In this document: piece after piece, positions 52,524-64,000 of the stretch
Position numbering within the stretch: position 1 is the first letter of the stretch
Layout of the letters: every line of letters starts with the position of its first letter
Origin: Octopus bimaculoides
Taxonomy: Eukaryota
Reading direction: 5' to 3'
Assembly: GCF_001194135.2 (NCBI RefSeq)
Contig: NC_068989.1
Span: 77,683,816-77,747,815, forward strand
Length of the DNA stretch: 64,000 nt
The notes under the pieces: model-generated
What the model was told of the DNA's origin: nothing
The model's database searches: none
The model's input: the letters and a program-made list of their open reading frames with translations, nothing else
Translations under genes and position numbers: made by a program

Positions 52524-54145
52524 ATCTTCACAAATAATTTTTTTTTTCTTCTAAATAATGTTGCAATAATATCAAAAGGTAATAATCAGATGAAGCAGCA
52601 TTAGGAGAGTAAAGATGATAAGGCAAAATTTCTATATTTAGTGCATTAATGTTTTTCTAGGTGATTTGGGAAATGCGTAGTCTTTTATTATCGTATAAGA
52701 TCAACACAATTTCATGATTCACCTATGATAGGGCCCTTTCTAGCAACTACTTATGCAAAGCTCCAAAATGACACAGTTCTCTGCATTAACTGTTTCATTT
52801 TGCTTTAACATTTCGTCATTTAATAACACACTTAATGTATACATGAAACGTAGACAAGTACTTCATGTATATATAACTTTCCTGAAAAATATTTGGGAAG
52901 ACGTCATAAAGCATATCAAACTGACGAATGACGAACGCAGAAATGTATGTATGTCACGACTTTATGCTGACTTCAAGAGGTCATGAACGGCAAATGGTGC
53001 TTGTTAATTCACTTTCTTTTTAATTTATATAACACTATCTCTTAGCATCGAGGTTTTGATAATGTGGTTGAATATTTTTAGAATGATATTGTAGGATATA
53101 TTTTAGCGATTACCCACTTAGCGTGTTAAAAAATTTATAAAAAATATGTATTGTAGGGTAGGAATGAAAGGCCGCATTTGGACGTTTTTTTACATAAACC
53201 AGGTAGAATATTTGAGCTAGATATGCCTGGTTTAAATGGTAAGAATTAAGAAGATTTCCATATTTTAAATTGAAGATTTATCAAGGTGACTTAATGTTGT
53301 TATTTGCCTCGTAGTATGTGTAGCGTAAGGAGGAATTTGTCAGAAGACTGCTTTATTCTCTGAAAAGCTGAGCAGAATCTGGAAGTCTTGTATGTTTCTA
53401 CATATATTGAGGGGGAAATAAATCAATTTAACATGCACATGTGCAACTGCAGTCCAATAACTGAAACCAAAAAAGAAATTGCAAGAAGATAGACATTAGC
53501 TGTAGTGACCCGCGAGTAATATACACAAAATAATTCCTGCCAATTGCTGCCCTGAGTAAAAAGGATTCAGAACAGAAATAATCGAAAATTCCGCGCTGGT
53601 TTGACTTACACTAAATGAAGACGAGCAATTCGTTAATGGTTTAGCTTCTTTTATCAATCATGCTTACGTCCATGCTATGGTTCTGTCTTATTGAAGTATC
53701 TTACAGAATCATAACCGATCAACTTCGTCAAGAAAACAATTTATTTATGCATTAAAAATATTATCTAAGTCTAAAATAAATAAATGAATAAATAAATATA
53801 TGTATTTAGAAGAAGACATTAAAATGCAGTAAAAATATTTCTTTGATACATTTTGTCTGAACATTTCTTTTACTGTGGATTCTCCATAGACTATTCAGAC
53901 TGTTCTTTGCAGATAGCTATTGAAAGAAATCAGAAGAAAGCGTGGCAGTAGTTGTTCATTTTTTTTTCAGCCTTGAAAAAAAGGATATACAATGAAATAG
54001 AATACTGATTCTTTTATAATCTCTCTCTTTCGATGTATGTATGTATGTATGTATGTATGTATGTATGTATGTATGTATGTATGTATGTATCTATCTATCT
54101 ATCTATATATCTGCCACTTTCTGTTTCTCTTTTTCTCTCTCTCTT

Positions 54146-54191
<46 letters not shown>

Positions 54192-54320
54192 NNNNNNNNN
54201 NNNNNNNNNNNNNNNNNNNNNNNNNNNNNNNNNNNNNNNNNNNNNNNNNNNNNNNNNNNNNNNNNNNNNNNNNNNNNNNNNNNNNNNNNNNNNNNNNNNN
54301 NNNNNNNNNNNNNNNNNNNN

Positions 54321-54358
<38 letters not shown>

Positions 54359-54373
54359 GCATATATGTTTGTG

Positions 54374-54407
<34 letters not shown>

Positions 54408-55342
54408 TTTGTGTGCATGTGTATGTTGGTTATTTTGAATGCGTATGTATATGTGTGCGTGTATGTTTCAACAGCAGTCTGTTCTACATGGATCATTTTG
54501 AAATTTTTTTCTTTCTATTACCATAAATTTCAAAGGCTAGCACCGTTTCTCAGGAGGAATATCTTCTCACCCTCATTTAAAGTAAATACATCAATATACT
54601 TTATAGCTATTCATTTCTATAATTTTTTACCGTATTTTTTCAAATATTAAAATGAATTATAATGTTTATTTTAGAAAATAAAATAAGAAACAGTGAATAT
54701 ATCATTTTCAAGTAATCCTGAATGAAAATTTTTTAGCAAAGTCAGAAAGTAATTTTCTTCGTTCGTTTATATTCGAGATGTCTGGTTATATATTTTTTCA
54801 TCTTCATCATTGCTAAAAGTTTTTGAATGATTTTTTCTATGGCTATTCATTGTCTGTGATAATGGGATTTCAGTTTCATATAGAATTTGTTATTATTATT
54901 TTTTGCTCATAAATAACTGGTCTGTGAACAATGGTTGAGAAACGCAGCATACGATGGAGAAGAGAAGCAAAATCGTATATCATAAAACAAAACAAAAAAT
55001 AAGACAACTGTAATGTTGATAACAATTACTTATTAACCTCTCTTACTAAATGTTAGCCTTCAGCATAATGAAAAATATCACTCTTGTTTCAGATTTATTT
55101 CAACTGACATCTGTTAGAGTTATTCATTATTTGTTTTTATCAAGTGACCTATAAAGTTAGTGCTTAGTATTTTGTCCCGAACTTACCTCTCATAACCACG
55201 CTCATTATGAGATAAGCTTAGTCACCAGCATAACTGTAAGTTTTTAAGTCCACATCCGCAGTGTGTTCGATCCAGCTCCGCAGTATTTCGAACCAGTGGC
55301 TGTTATTATTATTATTTCTTTATTTAATAATAGTTTATTTCT

Positions 55343-55560
55343 ACTGCGGTGAACTGGCAGAATCGTCAGTACTCTGACAGAAAAACATAGCGGCATTTTG
55401 TCCGTCTTCACATTTTGTGTTCAAACGCGATCGACTTTGTTTTCATCAAATCGAGAACGATAAAATAAGTACGAGCTCAGCACTGAGATCGATGAAATCA
55501 ACATATTCTCTCCCTCAAATTAATAGTTTTGTGCTAAAATTTCAAAGAGTAATAATATTC
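55343..55560 (+). mobile_element. SINE family A, diverged
   Basis: gcggtgaactggcagaatcgtcag...gataaaataagtacgagctcagcactg. Confidence 0.65.
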
Positions 55561-55567
55561 ATTATTA

Positions 55568-55817
55568 TTGGGTTGGTCCATAAATATTGCGGCTTTTTTT
55601 TTCAACAAATTTTATTCAACAAAAACTATAACATATAACAAAAACATCTTTCAATGATTATTCCGGAGCATATTCACCATCAACTTCAATTACTGATTCC
55701 CATTTGCTTCGCAAGCAGTCAGACCATCATTTAATAATGTTTTTGTTAAATATTGTTATTGTATTTGTTGAATAAAATTTGTTGAAAAATAGCCGCAATA
55801 ATTATGCACCAACCCAA
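55568..55817 (-). mobile_element. Mariner-derived MITE / deletion derivative (250 bp)
   Basis: About 55-bp TIRs ttgggttggt(c/g)cataa...caacaaattttattcaacaaa; TA at 55566-67 and 55818-19; minus strand retains transposase C-terminus LRSKWESVIEVDGEYAPE* (55658-55714). Confidence 0.92.
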
Positions 55818-56072
55818 TATTAATACTGGATCTTAGGATTGACAAATGGTTTGTGCATGGGATTTTGCGCGGATACAACCGTGCGGAATCCCATCGAATG
55901 TGTTGAGCTTAGGAAATATGTCTCCGAATCTGATACCGCACCAAATTTTAGTTCGTAGTAGTAGTCATTACATTTTCAAGATCATAATGTCAGTATCCGT
56001 TCAATATAATTAGGTACAAAGTCGCTAGCGGATGATACATAAAAATCAACATTCACTCACACACATACACAC

Positions 56073-56306
56073 AAGGCGGCGAGCTGGCAGAGACGTTAGC
56101 ACGCCGGGCGAAATACTTAACGGTATTTCGTCTGCCGCTACGTTCTGAGTTCAAATTCCGCCGAGGTCGACTTTGCCTTTCATCCTTTCGGGGTCGATTA
56201 AATAAGTACCAGTTACGCACTGGGGTAGATGTGATCGACTTAATCCGTTTGTCTGTCATTGTTTGGCCCCTCTGTGTGTAGCCCCTTGTGGGTAGTAAAG
56301 AAATAA
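56073..56306 (+). mobile_element. SINE family A, young long-tail subtype within (CA)n
   Basis: Near consensus; ends gtgggtagtaaagaaataa then (CA)n. Confidence 0.93.
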
Positions 56307-56777
56307 CACACACACACACACAGACTCAAGCACTCATCTTAATAACAAGATTTTTATTTAGTTTCTCATTTAATCTCATAAGAGTCTTTAAACATCTAAC
56401 AACAACAGTACCCAAAAACATCTAAAAAACAACAGTATCCAAAAGAACATTCAAAATCAAACTTGAAAAAGAACAGTCGTAATAAAATTGACAAAGAAAT
56501 ATATAATTAATAAGAAAATTACAAACTCGTCTCCTTCATCAAAACTTAATGCACGAAGAGGCAGAAAACTAACAGCAACTCAATTAACTCAAAACGCAAG
56601 CAAGTGAAAAAACAAAAGCATGAGACCGCACCAGCACACACTCCAACGAAAATAGATATATTACCAAAAGCGAGTTGTAACAGATCTCGCCTGAGGATCT
56701 AAGTGTCGTGAAACTCAAGTCACTACATAAAAAAGCCGTTACTGTTTTATCCGTGGTCCGCGGATAAAAGCAAATTT

Positions 56778-57205
56778 ATGTATATGGCTGTGTGGTAAGA
56801 AGTTTGGTAAGCCATGTATATGGCTGTGTAGTAAGAAGGTGACGAGCTGGCAGAAATGTTAGCAAGCCGGGCAAAATGCTTAGTGGTATTTCGTCTGCTG
56901 TTACATTCTGGGTTCAAATTCCACCAAGGTCGACTTTGCCTTTCATCATTTCTGGGTCGATAAATTAAGTACCAGTTACGCACTGGGGTTGATGGAATCG
57001 ACTTAATCCCTTTGTCTGTCCTTGTTTGTCCCCTCTATGTCTAGCCCCTTGTGGGCAATAAAGAAATAAGAAGTTTTCTTCCCAACATGTTTTCGGATTC
57101 AGTCCCAATGCATGGCACCGTGGGTAAGTGTGGTCTTCTCTAACATCTGAACAACCAAAGACTTGTGAGTGGAATTTGGTAGACGGAAAATCAAAGAAGC
57201 CCGTC
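56778..57205 (+). mobile_element. SINE family B interrupted by a SINE family A insertion
   Basis: Head atggctgtgtagtaagaag | insertion | taagaagttttcttcccaac...gtgagtggaatttggtagacgg. Confidence 0.8.
56839..57066 (+). mobile_element. SINE family A, long-tail subtype, nested
   Basis: Flanked by taagaag at 56832-56838 and 57067-57073. Confidence 0.9.
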
Positions 57206-57542
57206 CTATGGGCATGTGTGTGTTCTTCACGAGTCTCTTATCCAATGTTGATTGCTTCCATTAAGTTCGGAAATTGTGATGAACAACATCTACCAACATT
57301 ATAAGGGACCTCTGAGCCCTCAGAAACATTTTGATGTCTGAACAACAAGATACGAAATCAACGATGATCTCGCTATATCTGTTGCTGTAGGAAACTTGCC
57401 TCCCATGTTAGTCATATTACGATAGTGCTTCTGGGGTTATTAGGTTGTTTTGACTCTTACTTCTAGCAATGCTGGTGCAGATTAGTGACATATTTGTCAT
57501 CCCAGTGACGTATACATTTCTGCCTGTATATATATATATATA

Positions 57543-57590
<48 letters not shown>

Positions 57591-58225
57591 TCCATGTGTG
57601 TGCGTGCGTATGTATGCATATGTATGTATCTATGCATTTATGTATCTATGTATGTATGTATAATTGTACTGATTGGTTATTGACTGGATCAAAAAAATAT
57701 TAATGCATATGATTGAGTTTGCATGCATGCTCATGTGTGCATGTGTGTATGTGTGTGTGTGTTTGTGTGGGTGGTCCAACCGAAACTAACGGTAGTCACA
57801 TAATTTGCCGCTTGATGTGCTCGAATACAGACGTATAGAGTAAAGTAGTTGTAAAGCGAGCTCCTTAGTAACTCAGTCTCAAGTAAAATATATTTATATA
57901 AGTATATATGAATATATCAAAATTAGAAGCTACGCACCAGTAACTGCGAAACTCGCACCAACTATGTAATAACTCCAACAGATCTATCAGTCTGTAGCAA
58001 TTTCATAATCCACAATAACAGTATAACACTCATTAATTGAACATATTACAGTTGAATCCTAAATATAATAATGTATAGTACGGGAAGATTGCAGACTTCG
58101 CTATAGAGAACACTTAAACATATCGACAACATTATATACCTGTTATTTGTTTTATTGATCTCGGACGAATGATATTTAATACCAAGATTGGAAGTTAATT
58201 TGAAGAATTTACAATAAAGACGACG

Positions 58226-59335
58226 TATTCTTAAAGGTGGTATGAAATTTGTAGTAAGGTATATGGTAAACTTTGACAGCTGCTCATGTTGCGCCATTAT
58301 TATATTTTGACGATCTTTATTTTTTGTTAGAAAGCTGACCTATCTATTTCTTTAATCTAACTCATTTTGCGCTTTAAAAAGTATTTATAAATCATTTTTT
58401 TTGCTAATTTTCTTTATCGATAGATAAGTCGGAAATTGGTACAGATTTGAAATATGAGTTCTGGACAGCTCGGAATATTAATGAAGTATTTCATTTTAAT
58501 GTTATTACACAGCAGACAGTATCAAATTGGCTTGCACAATTTCGTTCTGGCATCTTTGACCTCACAAATGAGCAACGCAGTCACAAGAAACAAAGATGGA
58601 TAACGACGAACTTAAAGCCACCGTCGAGTCAGATCCATCTCAAAATGAATTATCGTTGTTATTTGGCTTTAGTAAGCAAACAGTATTGACTCACTTAGTT
58701 CAAATCGGTAAAATGAAAACGTTGGATAAGTGGGTTCTACATGAACTCAATGAAAATCAGAAACAGCAACGTTTGGAAGCCTGCATTATGCTATTTTCTC
58801 GTCACAAAAATAAATAATTTTTGAATGGAATTGTAACATGTGATGAGAAATGGATCCAATACAGCAACCGTAAACGTTCAGCACAATGGCTGGACAAAGA
58901 CGAGCCACCAAAACAGTCCAAAAAAGCAAAATTCATCAAAAGAAGCTGATGGTGTATGTTTGGTGGTCTGGCGTAGGTGTGATCCATTATGATTTCATTA
59001 GACCTGGCTCATCAATCACGGCCGAAGTATGCTGCAGCGAAATAGACCAAATGATGCAGGAACTTACAAAAAAAACCCAAAAAAACACAACCTAGATTAG
59101 TCAATAGATCCACTCCTGTCTTATTGCAAGACAACGCCAGACCACACATCGCAAAAATGACATTGACGAAACTACAAGATTTGCGGTTCGAAGTTCTCCA
59201 TCATCCACCATACTCACTGGATCTTGTCCACACTGACTACCACTCCTTCTAGAATTTGGATAACTTCTTGATAGGACGAAATTTAATTCCGGCGATGCTG
59301 TAAAACAGGCCTTCCAAGATTTTATTGACTCTAGT
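58226..59335 (+). mobile_element. Mariner DD34D transposase relic (Mos1/Hsmar-like)
   Basis: WLAQFRSG, KWVLHEL, IVTCDEKW, KKLMVYVWW, LLQDNARPH...HPPYSLDLVHTDYH with 34 residues between D2 and D3; frameshifts and stops; 3' end and TIR missing; 5' boundary approximate. Confidence 0.93.
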
Positions 59336-60807
59336 AAGGTTGAGGGCGGTACGCAATGTTGCCATCTAGAGATAAGCCCCGAAACGGCGTGCATTCTCTT
59401 CTGATGACTACATACACTTGTTGGCTTCTGGTATGCGGAGGTTCCGACTGGTAGCACTCGCGTGTGCAAGTTGTTTGCAAAACATCATTAGCTTCTTTGC
59501 TTCGGTTCTTAGTTTTTAGGTTAAACAATGTTATCGTCTATTTAAACGGCCTGTTAAACACGCCTGTCGTTGACTGCTTTATTGAAGTGTATCCTTTTGC
59601 ACTCTCCAGTTTCAGGAAACCATCAATCCCTCTAGCATTAGTGATCTTCGAACACTGTCTATTATAGAGAGGGAGACTTGCAAGGATGGACAACTGCCTC
59701 TTTATCTCTAAAGCTCAAAACCTGGCCAAGACATTTATGAGCTGGTACATGGTTAAACTTGTCCGATAGAAACATCTCGTACAAATTGCTCCCCGTATCA
59801 AATTTTTAATTGCAAATTATTGTATATTTGTGCGATTAGCATCATTGAAATTTACGTTAGCAATTTCTAAATTAACATTGTAGAATTTCGAGTCAACTAA
59901 GGAACCTACTTGCTTACTCAACCTGCTAGAAACAATAAACTAATATCCCTCAGATAACGCCGTTTTATTAAAAGGACTTATTTAGGTAACAGTTAACCTT
60001 AGGTCCACTCTGTAAAAGAAATACTCAACATATAGAAGACACACCTTTGGCTATATCTCTAGTAGAAAGAGCTGACCTCTGTATAAACAAAAAAACAGCA
60101 ACAACAACAACTTATTAAGAGTAGCTTTCTGTGTCGTCTTCGTCACCAGTTAATCGTAAAACATTATTAACAAAATCTATCCTGTTTTGAATTGTAAATG
60201 TTTCGTGATAGGTACTTAATTAGATATTGATTTCTTTCAGACTATTGAATAGGAAATGTTGATGTCTATACTTTCTTTGTGTGAGTATTGACGTCATGAT
60301 TGAAGTTAATTAATCTTGACTGTGTATCGCAAGGGTCTCGTACAGTTTGCTACCTAACTTCTTTTTTATGTCTTAATGCATAACTGCTTTAATTGTTACA
60401 CGATGACAAATACACTGAATGCCTTGTACGGCGATATTTTTTACGTTCTGTTCATTGTAAAACATCGTTGTGAAGTTTGAATTATTGTTTACAGAATCTA
60501 TTTTTGCTCAGAATAGTAAGTGATGCTTGGTATTCCACCTGCTCATCATATTGATCTTTTGTGCAATAGAGGAAGAAACTAAAATAATGCAATGTTTCAT
60601 GTTCCTCATTGAAGTGTTATATTATATTATCTCTCTATAGAATATTAGCTTTATAAAAAGAATTATCTCTATCAATATTGAGTTTTACATGTCACCACAA
60701 GTTCCTAATAAGCCATCCTATATTCTAAGGCGTTTAGTTCATTAATCTGCCACAAGTAACCAGCAACCAAAAGAGTGGTTTAAAATCAATTTAATCAGAT
60801 GAAATAT

Positions 60808-61172
60808 AGGCGAAGTAGTGGCGGTGTGGTAAGTAGCTTGCTTACGAACCACATGGTACCGGGTTCAGTGGGACTGAACCCGGTACCATGTACATTATAG
60901 CTTCGGGCCGACCAAAACCTTGTGAGTGGATTTGGTGGACAGAAACTGGAAGACGCTCGTCGTATATATGTATGTATGGATGTATGTATGTATGTATGTG
61001 TGTATGTTTGTGTGTCTGTGTTTGTCCTCTCACTATCGCTTAACAACCGACGTTGGTGTGTTTGTGTCCCCGTAAATTAGCGGTTCGGCAAAAAGAGACC
61101 GATAGAATAAGTACTAAAGGCGGTGCTCCAGCATGACCGCAGTCAAATGACTGAAGCAAATAAAAGAATACA
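60808..61172 (+). mobile_element. SINE family B with template-switch palindrome and internal deletion
   Basis: Head and tail match family B; 19-bp perfect inverted repeat at 60851-60891. Confidence 0.9.
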
Positions 61173-61404
61173 ACAGGAATCAATTTTATCCCCAAAATAT
61201 ATCTCAATTCAAAACGCCTTCTGCAGACAGAACACCCAGTAAAGTTCCCACAATTTCGCCCTTGTTTTTTTGGTGAGAAGGAATACTGAATCTTCAAGTA
61301 TAAGCATTAAAATGTATATATATGTGTGTGCAAATGCAAAGGTATATATGTATGTGCGGATTTGCATGCTTTATGTATGTATATATATATACAAATACAT
61401 ACAA

Positions 61405-61530
61405 AAAGAAACCGAAAGAATAAGTACTAGGCTACCAAAGAATAAGTTCTGGGGTCGATTTGCTCGACTAAAGGTGGTGCCCCAGCATGACCGCAGTCAA
61501 ATGACTGAAACAAGTAAAAGAGTAAAAGAG
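61405..61530 (+). mobile_element. SINE family B, 3' fragment
   Basis: gaataagtactaggctaccaaagaataagttctggggtcgatttgctcgactaaaggtggtgccccagcatg...actgaaacaagtaaaagag. Confidence 0.88.
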
Positions 61531-63489
61531 AATATATATATATATATATAAAAGATAATAAGAGTGAAAAAACTACAGAAGGCTTGTGTTACGTGGTTAA
61601 AGTACATATTTAAATCATGTCAGAAAAATGTTAGAAAATTGTTATAAAAATGTTATAAACATGTTATACAAATGTTATAAAATCTTTTTGGTATATAAAC
61701 ATTGTATTTTGAGAAATAACCGGTTTCGTGTTGTCTTTTCAAATTTCTCTACTTCATTGTAACGTGTTCGCTATATATANNNNNNNNNNNNNATATATAT
61801 ATATATATATATATATACATATTAATATTAATAAAGAGTGTGGAGACTTCTACATCCACAAAATCTATTTTATAGTTATATACAGTATATTATGATGAAC
61901 TACACGTGTTACACATCGGAAAGTTTCACTGAGTGACCAGCAATCAAGTGTAGTCACAGACGTTAAAAACTGTTCATTGTAATTAGCCGTCAACTGGTAT
62001 TTAACTGAGAGCTAATACGCTGTCCACACGCATAAATATATCCCTCCAAACTCTCTTTTATATAGATAAATAGATAGATAGATAGACAGATACATACATA
62101 CATAATACTACATACATGCATAAATTCATACATGCAGGCATACATACATATTTAGGCAGCTCGTCAGCCAAGCGTCTACTTCGCCCGTTAGTCCTTGGAG
62201 AGTCCTTAAGACAGTATCCTCATTCTATTCGTCCATAAAATTGTATCACAAGCGGCCATTAGTCAACTTCCTTCCAGGATTTCCAAGCATGACTAACACA
62301 GACAATGGATACTAAGCAACAATCTCGTTCTTGTTCTATCTTGGTTCGTCTAATGACTCTTTCCTGCAACATTCTTATCATACGTCCATGTACTGGATCT
62401 GTGACTTCTGACAGCGGAGAAGCAGGAAACTGTATTGAAGAAAACACGTTTGGCTTTTATATATATATGTGTGTGCACGTATATGTAACCGATATATATT
62501 TTTTATGACTTCCTTCAACCCTCTAACACTAATGGCGACATTTCAAGTTTTATTTTGAAAGTAGTGCTACGCTTAGAAACATGTAAATTACCCCGGTAAA
62601 AATATATGAATATGTACGTATTGATTTTGAAATTTATAGACAGTATATATTTTTCAAAGTCAATGTTATTTTGTCTCAAATTTTTCCGTATTACAATATA
62701 ATTGTCACTCTAAATATGAATTTACTTTTATATGTATTGAATGGTGTAAGTAAAAAAAAACAAAAAAAACTGTGTGCTTAGAAATATACATATATGTTTG
62801 TGTGCGTACATATGTGGACGTATTTATGTATGCAGGGATGTATATATCTATGTATATACATACGTACATTTATGTATGTTTATTGGAATGTGCATACATA
62901 TGTATATCAATAACTCTGTATGAATATATATATATANNNNNNNNNNTATATATATATATACATATACACACATATATCTATGTATATATCCGTCTATCTA
63001 TGTATTTATCTCGATATATATATTCAATGTGTGCATTCATTCTATAGAAATTTTCATTGAATTTTGTATACGATTTATCAAACTATTCCTAGCTTTGTCT
63101 TTTTTTTATGAACATTAAAGTTACTTTTCGAGTATTATTTAAGATATTTCGTGACACTAAATGTAAAAAGAAACACGCTATCTTGAGGAAACGAGCCCAA
63201 TGTAAATATTTATACATAGAGAGTATAAGTTTTATACATAAATATAGATACACACACACACACACAGCCCCCCCACATACACACACACACTTACACACGC
63301 ACACACTCACATACACACACATGTATATAATGGAGAGAGGTCTACACAGGATTCACGCATAAATATACTGTTAGATTGTGTTCGAACGATGTGACAAGTG
63401 TAATATCTCTTCTAATAAAGTAATATTTAATGACTATTTATACGATAACTGAAGGTTTGCGTGTCTTACATAAGATTATTTAGGCTTTT

Positions 63490-63519
63490 CCATTATTATT
63501 ACTAATATCATTATTATTA

Positions 63520-63572
<53 letters not shown>

Positions 63573-63600
63573 GTTAACATTATTATTATTATTACTATCA

Positions 63601-63658
<58 letters not shown>

Positions 63659-63730
63659 TCATAATGACGTTGGTGCTGCTGCTGTTGTCCCTGCTGTTGT
63701 TTCCATCGTCGTCGTCGTCATCGTTATCGT
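63490..63730. repeat. (TTA)n with downstream (TGC)/(GTC) triplet mosaic
   Basis: Read directly from the sequence. Confidence 0.92.
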
Positions 63731-64000
63731 ATTCCATTTTATTAATAAAAGAAATCAATGTTAATAGTGGTAAATGTTGTCATTATGGATGTTAGTGTTG
63801 TTGTGGTTATATGTAGAATAATGTAGTTACAAAGTAACACGAATTTTTAACCAGAGTGTGTTTATAAACAAAAACACATACACAAACACAAGCACACACA
63901 CACAAACACATACAAACACAAACACATAAATAGATAGATAATAGAGTGAGAGATAGATAGATAGATTGATGAAGATACATACACACACACACACACATAT

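Noticed and set aside
55187-55233. 47-nt minus-strand segment with a GAG|gtaagt donor
   Set aside because: Poor pyrimidine tract and stops in all frames
59370-59410. ccccgaaacggcgt...ctgatga hammerhead-like words
   Set aside because: G at the cleavage position and no stems consistent with any hammerhead topology

Overview
AT-rich, microsatellite-dense animal genomic DNA with many N gaps, nearly all flanked by (TA)n, (TATC)n or (GA)n runs. The SINE repertoire and repeat style look like an octopus short-read assembly; the species is my inference and was not searched. I can support no intact protein-coding gene. Nearly all ORFs in the track are microsatellite or gap artefacts, and the few meaningful ones are transposon relics. 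Contents: three tRNA-derived SINE families (A, B, C; about 25 copies or fragments); two DD37D (maT) relics; one DD34D mariner relic; a mariner MITE with intact TIRs and TA TSD; R4/Dong-like non-LTR fragments; a CR1/L2-like fragment; two Penelope-like GIY-YIG endonuclease relics; and a Helentron-type non-autonomous element (HINE/DINE-1 architecture). The most interesting signals are minimal type I hammerhead-ribozyme-like motifs. One three-copy family shares a non-canonical core (U at position 6). A separate motif sits behind a Pol III B-box. Other notable items are a SINE copy carrying a clear template-switch palindrome and one candidate minus-strand exon (1255-1387). All alignments and folds were done by eye, and family names rest on recalled motifs.
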